DNA of 64,000 nt from a virus. Taxonomy: Duplodnaviria; Caudoviricetes. Shown in pieces: positions 17,189 through 27,021 of the stretch (the stretch's first letter is position 1; each line of letters starts with the position of its first letter). The notes under the pieces were generated by a model. That model saw only the letters and a list, made by a program, of their open reading frames with translations, searched no databases and was not told the origin of the DNA. Made by a program: the position numbers and the translations under genes. Location of the stretch: the IMG/VR virus record IMGVR_UViG_3300039076_000082, positions 1 to 64,000 of that record; one strand, 5' to 3'.

Positions 17189-17506
17189 ATGAAGTATAAA
17201 GTTGGCGATAAAATTAAATTTAAAAAAGAAAAACAACGATATACGATCAGAGCTTGTGACGAAAGATTTATCATTGCTACTAAACCTTTCAACGCTAGAA
17301 AAACTTATTTTTATGTTATTGTAGACTTAGTTGAGAAAATTAGAGGATCGGATAATTACCACTGTAGATTCAATTATGAGAACAACGAAGAAGCTAACAA
17401 AGCTTTACAATTATTAAATGACGATTTAAAAAAAGAACAGTATATAGATGCTTTTTATATTAGCTCAAGAAATAGAGTTAAGTTAGATATTGAGGAGAAA
17501 CTATGA
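17189..17506 (+). CDS. Hypothetical protein
   Basis: AGGAG SD, 105 aa. Confidence 0.7.
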   Translation: MKYKVGDKIKFKKEKQRYTIRACDERFIIATKPFNARKTYFYVIVDLVEKIRGSDNYHCRFNYENNEEANKALQLLNDDLKKEQYIDAFYISSRNRVKLDIEEKL

Positions 17507-17652
17507 AATATTTACTATTACTGCTACCGATTTTAGCTTCTTGCGATCCTCCAGAAAAATGCATTCAGCGGACTATGTATTTGGATTACGATATCAACAA
17601 ACCTACAGGTATTACAGCAGAACAAGCTATGAAAATATGCGGAGTAAAGTAA
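17503..17652 (+). CDS. Small lipoprotein (49 aa)
   Basis: GAGGAG SD; MKYLLLLLPILAS-C; not in track. Confidence 0.55.
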   Translation: MKYLLLLLPILASCDPPEKCIQRTMYLDYDINKPTGITAEQAMKICGVK

Positions 17653-17846
17653 TGAGTATCCAACTATTAGCAATTATTACAGCTATCTGTAACTCATCAC
17701 CTATTACTAACTGTGAAGCTAAACTTTCTACTTGTGTAAAAGACACAAAGGTGTTAGAGTTTCTAGAAGAACCCGAAGCAGTATCAAGATGTACTGTTAG
17801 ATTGGAGGAAGATAGTGATAAGAACGGCTCAACAGTGCATAAATAA
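17652..17846 (+). CDS. Small Cys-containing hypothetical protein
   Basis: ATG overlaps the previous TAA; likely true start of track ORF 17490. Confidence 0.5.
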   Translation: MSIQLLAIITAICNSSPITNCEAKLSTCVKDTKVLEFLEEPEAVSRCTVRLEEDSDKNGSTVHK

Positions 17847-18081
17847 AAGAAAATGTAAAACGTATAAGAAAAACAGAAAGAAGCTAATCGAAGCTCAGTT
17901 TGCTGAACATGGACGTAATTTCTGTGAGTACTGTGGTAAGTGGGTTACAAGATTTCCTACCAACTTACCGTTTACGCTATCAGTAGATCATAAAAAAAGC
18001 ATTAAATATGGCGGTAGTAGTAAATTATCTAACTTAGCTATTTGTTGTTTAGAGTGTAACTTGAAGAAGGGGTGCGAATGA
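17815..18081 (+). CDS. Small HNH endonuclease (McrA-like)
   Basis: CEYCG...SVDHKK....GG.....NLAICCLECN..K. Confidence 0.85.
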   Translation: MIRTAQQCINKRKCKTYKKNRKKLIEAQFAEHGRNFCEYCGKWVTRFPTNLPFTLSVDHKKSIKYGGSSKLSNLAICCLECNLKKGCE

Positions 18082-18213
18082 GAGCTAAAAGAAGAAGATT
18101 TTATGTTGGTGAAGATTATGAAATGCTTGAATTTTTAACTGAAATCGGTAAAGAAAGATTCATTTCAATGATTAAAATAGAACTTGATACTATAGTATAT
18201 TACTGGGAAGAAG

Positions 18214-18408
18214 ATGAGAATTCTTAAAAGAGTTATGTTCGTACAACTAATGCTGTTGTGGATGCTGTTATTTCCTCCAATTTTGATTATATCAATAATT
18301 AGTAATCCTTTTGTGTGGATTTTGACAGGAGAAACATCAATGATGGATCGTACACTTGAGGTATGTTTAGATATTAGGAATTTTTTATTTGAAATGGTAG
18401 AAAGTTAA
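18214..18408 (+). CDS. Small membrane protein
   Basis: Hydrophobic N-terminal half. Confidence 0.55.
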   Translation: MRILKRVMFVQLMLLWMLLFPPILIISIISNPFVWILTGETSMMDRTLEVCLDIRNFLFEMVES

Positions 18409-18410
18409 TT

Positions 18411-19325
18411 ATGAAGATTAGTATATTCCCAGATGTTAAACCTTTACCTACCAAAAAAGAAAAGCCTTTTGAAGCTTCTCGCACTGGTGTAGTTCGTGAT
18501 AAGAAAACTGGTGAAGTCATTAAAGAATATTTACCAGAAGTAGTAGAAGTATTTACCGAAGAGGACCTAATAAAAGTAGTCACTTCTTACGCATGGAGTC
18601 CTTCTGTTTTCAAAGGTCCCAGACTTCAAGAGAACTTCTTATCTGCCGATTTTATCGCTCTAGATATTGACTCAGGACTTACTATAGAAGAAGCTGAAAA
18701 ACGCTGTATAGAGCTAAATTTGACGGTATTATGCGTTCCCAGCACTTCTCATAAACCAGAAGCCCATAGATTCAGATTAATTTTCCCAACATTGAGATCA
18801 ATTACCAGCAATGAAGAGTATCAAGCTACGGCTAGTAAGCTTTTTGAAAAGTTTCCAGAAGCCGACCCCAAATGTGTTACCGACTCGGCGAGATTTTTCT
18901 TTGGATCGACAACCAACGATGGTTTCTGGCAAGAAGGTGATTTCCTCCCAGTAGAACTTCCAACTCCTCCTAAAGCTAAAACTAAAGGTTACGTTCACAG
19001 TGGAGAACGAGTACCTGTTGACATGAGTATCGAACAGATTGTACTTGACTTATACGGAGAGAAGCGAGATACTATTCCTGAAGCTGTTGCACATTTCATT
19101 AGCAACGCTCACACAGGATTACCCGGGACTTGGACAACAGACTTAAATAGTTGCATTTATACATTATCGCTTCAAGGTATAGACGAAGATACTATTTGGG
19201 ACTTGGTTGAGTTTTTAGCACCAAGAGGCGAGCTGACTAAGAGAGATGTGGATACTGTTGAACGAGCTATAAAAGATGGTGTAAAAGCTAGAGAAGAAGA
19301 TGTTGATAGAGAGGAGAATGGATAA
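18411..19325 (+). CDS. AEP-family primase/primase-polymerase with helical C-terminal domain
   Basis: WSPSVF, ALDID, STSH, RFRLIF motifs. Confidence 0.8.
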   Translation: MKISIFPDVKPLPTKKEKPFEASRTGVVRDKKTGEVIKEYLPEVVEVFTEEDLIKVVTSYAWSPSVFKGPRLQENFLSADFIALDIDSGLTIEEAEKRCIELNLTVLCVPSTSHKPEAHRFRLIFPTLRSITSNEEYQATASKLFEKFPEADPKCVTDSARFFFGSTTNDGFWQEGDFLPVELPTPPKAKTKGYVHSGERVPVDMSIEQIVLDLYGEKRDTIPEAVAHFISNAHTGLPGTWTTDLNSCIYTLSLQGIDEDTIWDLVEFLAPRGELTKRDVDTVERAIKDGVKAREEDVDREENG

Positions 19326-19516
19326 TGAAAACTAGAGACGGTTTATTATGTGTCGAAGAAGGTCTAATAGGGTCTGGTCCAGTAATGAGACTTAAACAAG
19401 GTAAGAGGAAAATTGATATTTATACTGTAAAAGAGGCTCAGTTAATCAAGAAAGAGTTGAATAGATTCATCAAAGCTCATAAAGATTTAGACAAAAGAGT
19501 AAAAAATGAGAGATAG
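19325..19516 (+). CDS. Hypothetical protein
   Basis: 63 aa, TAATG coupling. Confidence 0.55.
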   Translation: MKTRDGLLCVEEGLIGSGPVMRLKQGKRKIDIYTVKEAQLIKKELNRFIKAHKDLDKRVKNER

Positions 19517-19754
19517 AAGTGTGAAGGAAATATTAAGTACTATGAAATTTAAAATTGGCATGAAGGTTTATGTAAATAAGTTACCTGATACACAGAGTCA
19601 CTTTCCTCAAGAATTGGAAGCAGAAATTGATGGTACATACGAAATGTTTTATGGTGGAGTGGTTGAAAACAATAAAAAGTATAGATTAATTTTTAAAGAT
19701 CCAGTTAACAATACTGTTAGTTGGTATGATGAAAAGTATTTAGAGGAAGTATAA
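19506..19754 (+). CDS. Hypothetical protein (SH3-like)
   Basis: 82 aa. Confidence 0.55.
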   Translation: MRDRSVKEILSTMKFKIGMKVYVNKLPDTQSHFPQELEAEIDGTYEMFYGGVVENNKKYRLIFKDPVNNTVSWYDEKYLEEV

Positions 19755-19955
19755 ATGAGTAATAATAACTTAATCATAGGAAACTACTACTTGACTAGCA
19801 AACGTAGTAATGACGTTATCGGAGAAGCTGTAGTAATGAGTAACGATTTGGTAATATACCATTTGTTTAAAAATAACAAGATATCAGAAAACAGAGAGTC
19901 TACTGTTGAACAACTTTTGAAAAAGTATAAAGTTCTGCCAAAGGAAAGAAAATGA
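19755..19955 (+). CDS. Hypothetical protein
   Basis: 66 aa, GAGG SD. Confidence 0.55.
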   Translation: MSNNNLIIGNYYLTSKRSNDVIGEAVVMSNDLVIYHLFKNNKISENRESTVEQLLKKYKVLPKERK

Positions 19956-20170
19956 AAAGAAGCGAAATGATTCAAGAGTTAACTAATGATATAGTTGCAC
20001 TACGAAGATATATAGGTCCAGTATCGGAAGTAGAACTTATTGAAAGAGTTCTGAATTATGCCGAAAAATTAGGTATGTCACCTCCTGAATACTTACCAGA
20101 ACCAAAGTATTGCGAAGTAACAGGAAAGCAACTAGAGTGTAAGCCTGTTAGAAAATGGGAGCAAGAGTAG
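19952..20170 (+). CDS. Hypothetical protein
   Basis: 72 aa, ATGA overlap. Confidence 0.6.
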   Translation: MKRSEMIQELTNDIVALRRYIGPVSEVELIERVLNYAEKLGMSPPEYLPEPKYCEVTGKQLECKPVRKWEQE

Positions 20171-20172
20171 TT

Positions 20173-20532
20173 ATGACAGATTTAGATTTACTAATTGGTA
20201 GAAACTGTTTAAGTATGAAGTATGATACCGAAAGTATTACTTTTGATTTAGACAATGAAAGACTAGATTACATTGCCGTAGGCGATTGTTGTTCTTCCAG
20301 CTATATCGAATCTATTGACGACGAATCCGTATTTGATGATAGCGTTATTTTAGAAGTATCCGTTGAGTCTGGACAAGCTGAAGAAGTTGATGAATTTGAC
20401 ATTCATAAATGGACATTTTACAAGTTCAAAACTACTAAGGGTTATGCTACATTAAGTTTTAGAAACGAGTCAAACGGCTACTATGATGGATATTTAGAAC
20501 TATACAGTAGAATTAAGTTACCAAATGCTTAA
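20173..20532 (+). CDS. Conserved phage hypothetical protein (DCC...WTFY...TxKG...ESNGYY family)
   Basis: Motif pattern recalled from many phages; ATG 20173. Confidence 0.65.
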   Translation: MTDLDLLIGRNCLSMKYDTESITFDLDNERLDYIAVGDCCSSSYIESIDDESVFDDSVILEVSVESGQAEEVDEFDIHKWTFYKFKTTKGYATLSFRNESNGYYDGYLELYSRIKLPNA

Positions 20533-20573
20533 ACTTGTAGAATCTAATAAAAAGTATAATAGGAGAAACATTA

Positions 20574-20828
20574 ATGAAATATACTAAGGGTGATGTTTTA
20601 CAGGTCACATACGAAGATGGTGGTACTGATTTGAGAATTTTTCACGAATATGCAAATGAAAGAACCTTATTAGTAAAACCTTTTGAACATGAAACTTATT
20701 GGTCTCATTATTGGTCAATTGATAACGTAAAATTAGCTACTGACGAACAGATTATAGAAAAACTCTCTGAGCGAGTTAAAGAAATTGTTATTGAAGAGAA
20801 ATTAGAAGAGTATAAAAAATATATTTAA
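20574..20828 (+). CDS. Hypothetical protein
   Basis: AGGAG SD, 84 aa. Confidence 0.65.
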   Translation: MKYTKGDVLQVTYEDGGTDLRIFHEYANERTLLVKPFEHETYWSHYWSIDNVKLATDEQIIEKLSERVKEIVIEEKLEEYKKYI

Positions 20829-20990
20829 AATGTTAAAATTAGTAGAACCATTATACGATATCAAAATAGAAGTAGGAACTGTAATAGAACTTACTAGACA
20901 GCAGAAAATTGATTTAATTCTTGAAATGTTACAAAAAATAAAGTACTATGAAGAAGATATACAAATGCTTGTGTCAAAAGAAGAGTATCT

Positions 20991-21182
20991 ATGCTATATT
21001 TGAACTGTAGAAACGTACTAACTAAAAACTATAAGTACCAAGTTAGCTATTTACTAATAATGGGGCTAGTATTTCGTAAGCTAGTAAAACTAAAAATACC
21101 GTACTTTATTAAGCGTTCAAATTTAAGTAAAGAAGTAATAGAAGAGATTGATAAAACTGTTAGATTCTTGAATAGGAGTTAG
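20991..21182 (+). CDS. Hypothetical basic protein
   Basis: 63 aa. Confidence 0.45.
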   Translation: MLYLNCRNVLTKNYKYQVSYLLIMGLVFRKLVKLKIPYFIKRSNLSKEVIEEIDKTVRFLNRS

Positions 21183-21184
21183 TT

Positions 21185-21370
21185 ATAAAAGATAGACAGC
21201 TTATAATTGACTACTTAATGAATAACTTCAATTTTAGCTATGAAAATGCTATTACTTGGATAAGTACTAGTAATGCTAACTTTGGTATGAGTAGTCCTGA
21301 AGAGTTAATAGAAGCTGGTAGAGTTGATAAAGTTATGCTATACTTGATAGCAATAAAGGAAGGATATTAG
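21185..21370 (+). CDS. MbcA/ParS/Xre antitoxin C-terminal-domain-like protein (ATA start; not in ORF track)
   Basis: IKDRQLIIDYLMNNFNFSYENAITWISTSNANFGMSSPEELIEAGRVDKVMLYLIAIKEGY; A..W...N..FG..SP.EL...G....V..YL..I..G pattern; AGGAG 6 nt before ATA. Confidence 0.6.
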   Translation: MKDRQLIIDYLMNNFNFSYENAITWISTSNANFGMSSPEELIEAGRVDKVMLYLIAIKEGY

Positions 21371-21372
21371 TT

Positions 21373-21603
21373 ATGACTAAAGATGAAGCATTGGAATTGC
21401 TAAACAATAAAAGAGACTATTTTGCTGTAGCATATAATAGAGAAGATATCACAGGTAAAAAAGTAGGCGATAGTGCTATACTTGAAGCGTTAACTGATAA
21501 ATTATACGACATAAAAAAAGTTTTGGTAGATTTACATTCAATAGATGAAAGTGACTCACAAATTGGAGAGTTATTAACAATAAGAGTCAAGAGGTTACTG
21601 TAG
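21373..21603 (+). CDS. Hypothetical protein
   Basis: 76 aa. Confidence 0.6.
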   Translation: MTKDEALELLNNKRDYFAVAYNREDITGKKVGDSAILEALTDKLYDIKKVLVDLHSIDESDSQIGELLTIRVKRLL

Positions 21604-21736
21604 GAGTAGTTATGTTTGGTTGCTTTTTTAGACACAAGTTTACGAAATGGTCAGAGATCAGAGTCGATACTGTTGGTTTAAATTATCAGATTAAGACTTG
21701 TTTAAGACGTAATTTGAAACAAGTGAGAATTATATA

Positions 21737-24280
21737 ATGACTAAAACTACTGATACTATTACAACTATAGAAGAACTAGACGAGCTAACAGAATATTTAG
21801 TGAATCCTGTAAACAATGATACTATTATTGAAATTAGCGATAGTCATGTTGAAACCGATAAGTTAATTATCAGCTTTAACGGAAGTATTGCTAAAGAAGC
21901 TGTAATCAGAATGACTGATATCGTAATGGGAGAGATCGAATGGGTAGAAGAATCTTGTAATGGACCGATTGACACATTAACAATTGATGCACTTTTCGGT
22001 AAAGATAAACGTGCTAATATTGTAAATATCGCAATCAAAAATGATTTACTTTATTTATTCTATCTTGATGGTTCAAGCGAAACTATTCCATGTAAATATT
22101 TTATTTTATCTTCAACTAAATATGACTCTAAGTTTGAAAGACTTGAAGGTGAAACATTTTATAAATATATTAGATACTTTAATAATTTAGAATCTTATAA
22201 TTTATTTAAGAAAAATAATTACCATTCAATTTCATCAAAAGTGCTTCATGCCATTAATGATCCATTACAGCAACAATTATATTTAACAGGAATAACTTTA
22301 TATAAAGATTTAGAATTTAAGTCATTAAGAATTTTAGGGTTCGATATCGAAACTAACGGTGTCATTAAAGATAAAAATTCGTCAATTAAAGTTATTACTA
22401 ATACTCTCTGGGATGGAAATAGTCTAACTAGAACAATCTTTAGAGAAGATCACTATAAGAATGAAGGAGAAATGTTAGTAGCTTGGTCCAACTATGTCCA
22501 AGAAGTAAACCCTTCAGTAATGACTGGTCATAATATATTTGGATTCGATTTACCTTATATGATGCACGTTGCTAAATTGAATAAAGTAGAATTAAATATA
22601 AGTAGAGACGGTGGCTCCCCAATTGTCGCAAAAAGAGCTAGAAAATATCGTGTCGATGGAAGTCAAACTTGGGACTTTTTTAATATTGAAGTCTTCGGAA
22701 GAGATATTATTGATGGTATGTTCTTAGCAGTAAAATATGATGTTGGACGAAACTTCTCTAGTTGGGGACTAAAATCTATTATTGAAGCTTTAGGGCTAGT
22801 TAAAGAAGGAAGGCAATTCTATGATGCATCTAAAATTGGAGAAAACTGGAGTGACTTAGTCGAAAGAGAAAAGATTGTTGAATATTGTAAAGATGATGGT
22901 GACGATTCTATCAGTATCTTTAATACTATGACTCCTGCGTTCTTTTATTTAGCTAGGTCCATTCCTAATACGCTCCAAAACATTATTAATAGTGCTTCTG
23001 GAAGCTGGTTAAATAGCATTATAGTTAGAGCCTATATGCAGAATGGTAAGTCTATAGCAAAGCCTAATGAGCCTACAACCGTTACTGGGGGCATCTCGTT
23101 TGGTATCCCCGGCATCCATAAAAATGTGAAAAAAATAGATATTGTCTCAATGTATCCCTCAATAATGAGAGAATGGAAAATTTTTGACGATAAAAAAGAC
23201 CCTGATGCTATTTTTAATAAAATGGTAGAGTGCTATACTTTAGATCGACTAAAACATAAAAAACTTTTTAAAGAAACTAAAAATAGCTACCATGATGATA
23301 TGCAAGCTTCCTTAAAAATTGCAATTAACTCTTTATACGGATTGAATGCAACTAGTGGACTCAATTACAATAACTTTCAAAATGCTGATAAAATTACAAC
23401 ATTAGGAAGGCTAATTTTAAGAGCTAGTACAATGTGGGCATCAGGTGAAGACGTTGACTTTTGGTTTCCAGAATATAAAAACCTTGAGCATGATAATCAA
23501 TATTTCGATTTATTAAAATTAAAAGATTTTACTTCTCATAATTTTTTAATTGTCAATGGTGATACAGATTCAATCTCTTTTAAAAAGAAAGATGAAAGTC
23601 CGTTTACAGAAGAAGAAACTAAAACTTTATTAGACGAAATTAATAACATTCTTCCCAATTTAATTACATTTGAGGATGATGGGACTTTTCCAGTTGTAGT
23701 AGTTCTTAAAGCTAAAAACTATGTTTTATATGATGGAAAGAAAGTTAAGTTTAAAGGTTCAAGTTTACGTTCATCTCGCCAAGAACCTGCACTTAAAGAA
23801 ATGATGGACCGTATTCTTAAAGACTGCCTAGTTTTTGAAAAAGAAGATTACGTTAAAGTTTACAACGAATATATTAGGGAAATATTAGATATTAAAGATA
23901 TATCTCGTTGGGCTAAAAAAGAATCAGTAACAGATACAATGTTTGATAGCGATAGACTGACTGAAACAAAGAAAGTTGAAGCTATCTTAGGTATGGGCGC
24001 AAAAGTTGGCGACAAAGTATTTTTATACAACGCTTTAGATGGAGAGGAACCAGTTTTAGATAAAGATGGTAATGAAAAGAAAGATCGAAAAGGTAATACT
24101 AAAATGCAACCTAAACGAATTTTAAAGCATATCAGTAATTTTAATAATGATTATGAGCTTGACCATTATCTAAAAAGATGCTACGATTCAATTAGTATCT
24201 TAGAAAATGTAATAGATATGGAAAAAATTATTGATTATACTAAAAAAAAGAATAAGGAACTTCTTGAGCAGATAAAATGA
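21737..24280 (+). CDS. polB: Family B DNA polymerase with 3'-5' exonuclease
   Basis: FDIET, GHNIFGFDLPY, YCKDD; DIVSMYPS, KIAINSLYG, NGDTDS. Confidence 0.95.
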   Translation: MTKTTDTITTIEELDELTEYLVNPVNNDTIIEISDSHVETDKLIISFNGSIAKEAVIRMTDIVMGEIEWVEESCNGPIDTLTIDALFGKDKRANIVNIAIKNDLLYLFYLDGSSETIPCKYFILSSTKYDSKFERLEGETFYKYIRYFNNLESYNLFKKNNYHSISSKVLHAINDPLQQQLYLTGITLYKDLEFKSLRILGFDIETNGVIKDKNSSIKVITNTLWDGNSLTRTIFREDHYKNEGEMLVAWSNYVQEVNPSVMTGHNIFGFDLPYMMHVAKLNKVELNISRDGGSPIVAKRARKYRVDGSQTWDFFNIEVFGRDIIDGMFLAVKYDVGRNFSSWGLKSIIEALGLVKEGRQFYDASKIGENWSDLVEREKIVEYCKDDGDDSISIFNTMTPAFFYLARSIPNTLQNIINSASGSWLNSIIVRAYMQNGKSIAKPNEPTTVTGGISFGIPGIHKNVKKIDIVSMYPSIMREWKIFDDKKDPDAIFNKMVECYTLDRLKHKKLFKETKNSYHDDMQASLKIAINSLYGLNATSGLNYNNFQNADKITTLGRLILRASTMWASGEDVDFWFPEYKNLEHDNQYFDLLKLKDFTSHNFLIVNGDTDSISFKKKDESPFTEEETKTLLDEINNILPNLITFEDDGTFPVVVVLKAKNYVLYDGKKVKFKGSSLRSSRQEPALKEMMDRILKDCLVFEKEDYVKVYNEYIREILDIKDISRWAKKESVTDTMFDSDRLTETKKVEAILGMGAKVGDKVFLYNALDGEEPVLDKDGNEKKDRKGNTKMQPKRILKHISNFNNDYELDHYLKRCYDSISILENVIDMEKIIDYTKKKNKELLEQIK

Positions 24281-24942
24281 TTATTTGCGGTGTTTATCAA
24301 ATTAAAAATTTAGTAACTGGCGACTTATATATCGGCAGTTCTAATGATATTTTAAAAAGATTTAAAGATCATAAGAGAAAATTATTAATTAAAAGGCATC
24401 ATTCTAGATTTTTACAACTTGCTTATAATAAATATTCACTAATTAATTTTGAATTTACAATAATATGTAAATGTGATAAATTTTTAAAATTGTATATTGA
24501 GCAACTTTATATAAATTCAATGAATCCTAAATACAATACCGCCAAATCTAGTTGTGCTCCAATGGAAGGGAGAAGACATTCAGAAGAACCCAAGTTAAAA
24601 TTTAAGAATAGAGTAGTTAGAAAAGGAAAAGATAGTCCAAGTTATGGTAAAAAATGGTCAGATGAATATAAGAAAAAATGGATAGAAATTAGGACTGGCG
24701 AAAAACGCTCAGAAGAATTCAGTAAAAAAGTTTCAAAAAAGAACATAGAAACTAATAGTATTAAGTATCTAAAGCCATATCATGAGACTAATCGAAAAAA
24801 GGTTAAAAGTTCTGATGGGAATGTATTTAAATCCTTACTAGAGTGTGCTAATTTTTATAATGTTAAAGTTGCTACAGTGTGTGACGTTTTAAAAGGAAGA
24901 AGTAAAACATTAAAACGAAAATTTATTTTAGAATATTGTTGA
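24277..24942 (+). CDS. GIY-YIG homing endonuclease with NUMOD3-like region
   Basis: GVYQIKN...YIGSS...RF..H...E..YI...YN; GRRHSEE..K. Confidence 0.92.
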   Translation: MIICGVYQIKNLVTGDLYIGSSNDILKRFKDHKRKLLIKRHHSRFLQLAYNKYSLINFEFTIICKCDKFLKLYIEQLYINSMNPKYNTAKSSCAPMEGRRHSEEPKLKFKNRVVRKGKDSPSYGKKWSDEYKKKWIEIRTGEKRSEEFSKKVSKKNIETNSIKYLKPYHETNRKKVKSSDGNVFKSLLECANFYNVKVATVCDVLKGRSKTLKRKFILEYC

Positions 24943-25030
24943 CTATAAAGAAATGATAGACTATGATTACTATATAGAAGAAGCTAAGAAACTAGCTGAT
25001 GTATTTACTAATTACAAAGAAATAGAATAA
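24932..25030 (+). pseudogene. Relic fragment resembling a DNA polymerase C-terminus
   Basis: Frame reads NIVDYKEMIDYDYYIEEAKKLADVFTNYKEIE*. Confidence 0.4.
24939..24967 (+). promoter_or_regulatory. sigma70-type promoter
   Basis: TTGACT-17-TATGAT. Confidence 0.65.
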
Positions 25031-25039
25031 GGAGTAACA

Positions 25040-25363
25040 ATGACAGAAAAAACAAAATTTAACGATCCTAAACTAATGGAAGCTTATTTAGAACAGGTAC
25101 TAGATGGTGACTTAAGTGAAGCTCCATATAAGCCTGAAAACATTGACGGAGTAGACTTAGAAACCGTAAAACAATGGGGAGGAGAAGGTGAAGGTGACTC
25201 TATCGGATATATTCTTAAAGTAACTGAAGCTGATAAATCGGTATTCGTAGAAGTAACAGGATACTATGATTCTTATAACGGCTCAGATTTTAGTAGCGCT
25301 TCAGTAATTTTGGTAGAACCAAAAGAAGTTACTGTAACAAAATACTTTCCTATCAAACTATAA
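25040..25363 (+). CDS. Conserved phage hypothetical protein (acidic; GYYDSY motif)
   Basis: AAGGAG SD, 107 aa. Confidence 0.7.
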   Translation: MTEKTKFNDPKLMEAYLEQVLDGDLSEAPYKPENIDGVDLETVKQWGGEGEGDSIGYILKVTEADKSVFVEVTGYYDSYNGSDFSSASVILVEPKEVTVTKYFPIKL

Positions 25364-26121
25364 TGAACAATAAAACTATCATCATTGGGAGCTATGCTAT
25401 CAGTCACCATTTTAGTGACTATAACAGAACTCCTTCTGATATAGACTATGTAGTTCGTGGACAACAAACTATATTCATAGACGAGCTGTCTAAGCGTCAA
25501 GAAATCCATCATGGTAATCATTTTGACTACTTGTTAGATAACAATAAAGACTCATTCTTTGCTGATCCTGATATGGTATATACGATCAAAGTATCCCACT
25601 TAGCTTGGGACATTAACTTCGACAAACACATGAAAGATGTGATCTTTTTGAAGTCTAAAGGTTGTAAACTTATTCTTGAGTTTTATAAAACGCTATATAA
25701 TCATTGGCAAATTGTCCACGGTAGCAAATCATACATAAACTTGAGTCGTCCGGTTAGTAAATTCTTTCACGATACCATCAGTCGTAAATATGACCACGAT
25801 TCACTTCATGAGTTAGTAGCTTTTTACGATAGACCTCTCCATGAAAAGATTAGGAAATCTGTGGATAATGCCCTCCCATCTCAAACTAAATGGAACGAGT
25901 TATCGCACGAAGATAAAATTAAATGTAGCCTTGAAGAAATTTATGTGATATTCTTGGAAAGATATAGCAATTTTCCTATCTCTCATGGGATAGTAAAGGC
26001 TATGAAACAGCTAATTACGAGTATGACTAAAGGGTATTTTAACTTGTTTTTAATTGAGAACTTTGAAGAACTTAGAACATACGACAAAACTCACCTTAAA
26101 CTGAAAATGGAGCAACTATGA
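25363..26121 (+). CDS. Pol-beta-superfamily nucleotidyltransferase-like protein
   Basis: IIGSYA...PSDIDY; C-terminal YDHDSLHE motif. Confidence 0.7.
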   Translation: MNNKTIIIGSYAISHHFSDYNRTPSDIDYVVRGQQTIFIDELSKRQEIHHGNHFDYLLDNNKDSFFADPDMVYTIKVSHLAWDINFDKHMKDVIFLKSKGCKLILEFYKTLYNHWQIVHGSKSYINLSRPVSKFFHDTISRKYDHDSLHELVAFYDRPLHEKIRKSVDNALPSQTKWNELSHEDKIKCSLEEIYVIFLERYSNFPISHGIVKAMKQLITSMTKGYFNLFLIENFEELRTYDKTHLKLKMEQL

Positions 26122-26318
26122 CACCTAATCAACATGACCAACAGACCTCAACAACACTACAAGATACTGCTACTGCTATTATTGCATCAGGAACCAAAAC
26201 TCCGTTCTCTACTGCTTTCAAAATTACTCTAGGTATCGGACTAGCTAGACTATCGCTATTCTTATTAGGAGTAGGAGTAATTGCTGGTTCAATTGCTATT
26301 TATAACTTGACGAAGTAG
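26118..26318 (+). CDS. Small membrane protein
   Basis: C-terminal hydrophobic segment. Confidence 0.6.
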   Translation: MTPNQHDQQTSTTLQDTATAIIASGTKTPFSTAFKITLGIGLARLSLFLLGVGVIAGSIAIYNLTK

Positions 26319-26326
26319 GAGTAATT

Positions 26327-26551
26327 ATGACAATTCGTTCACCTAGGAAAATTCTTCAAGATGAGTTTAGTCCAGAACAGATTATTGAAATGGCTAAAAA
26401 TGTCTTAGAATCTTACAATAGTAATACTTTAAATAAATTGAATCATTTATTTATTTCTTATTTAGACCAATATCCTATGAATACAAGAAGACGTTTAGCT
26501 GAAGAAGCAATTAAAGACTATGCTTTATATATTCTAATAACTTACAAATAA
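26327..26551 (+). CDS. Hypothetical protein
   Basis: AGGAG SD. Confidence 0.6.
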   Translation: MTIRSPRKILQDEFSPEQIIEMAKNVLESYNSNTLNKLNHLFISYLDQYPMNTRRRLAEEAIKDYALYILITYK

Positions 26552-26560
26552 GGAATAGCT

Positions 26561-26821
26561 ATGAAACAATTTACTATAAGATTTACTACAGAAAATATTT
26601 CAAATTGCGAATGGATATTTGACCAAATCAAAACAGGTAAGTCTTCCAACGGTATCTCAATAAATGCTATTGCTGATGGTGACTTATTCCAAAGAGTAGA
26701 TATTTTAGAGCAACAGATTGATATTTTAATGGACAATAGTTACGATCTTCAAAATGAAGAAGCTGAAAATTTTGAAAAGTTAGAAGAAAAATTACAAAAT
26801 ACTTACAAAAGAGAAATATAA
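26561..26821 (+). CDS. Hypothetical protein
   Basis: 86 aa. Confidence 0.6.
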   Translation: MKQFTIRFTTENISNCEWIFDQIKTGKSSNGISINAIADGDLFQRVDILEQQIDILMDNSYDLQNEEAENFEKLEEKLQNTYKREI

Positions 26822-26823
26822 CC

Positions 26824-27021
26824 ATGAATCTTCTTCAACTAAACAAAACACTCAAATCTACTCCGTATACTCTTCCTAAAGTAAACTACGACTTTTTACA
26901 AAAAGTAGTAATAAATTGTGGCAACTCCGATATTGCAATTACTGGAAGGCTGTGTTACGATCAGTATAAGTTAGCTAAAAAGCTATTACATAGAAATCTA
27001 TGTAAAACTAAAACAACATAG
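26824..27021 (+). CDS. Hypothetical protein
   Basis: 65 aa. Confidence 0.5.
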   Translation: MNLLQLNKTLKSTPYTLPKVNYDFLQKVVINCGNSDIAITGRLCYDQYKLAKKLLHRNLCKTKTT

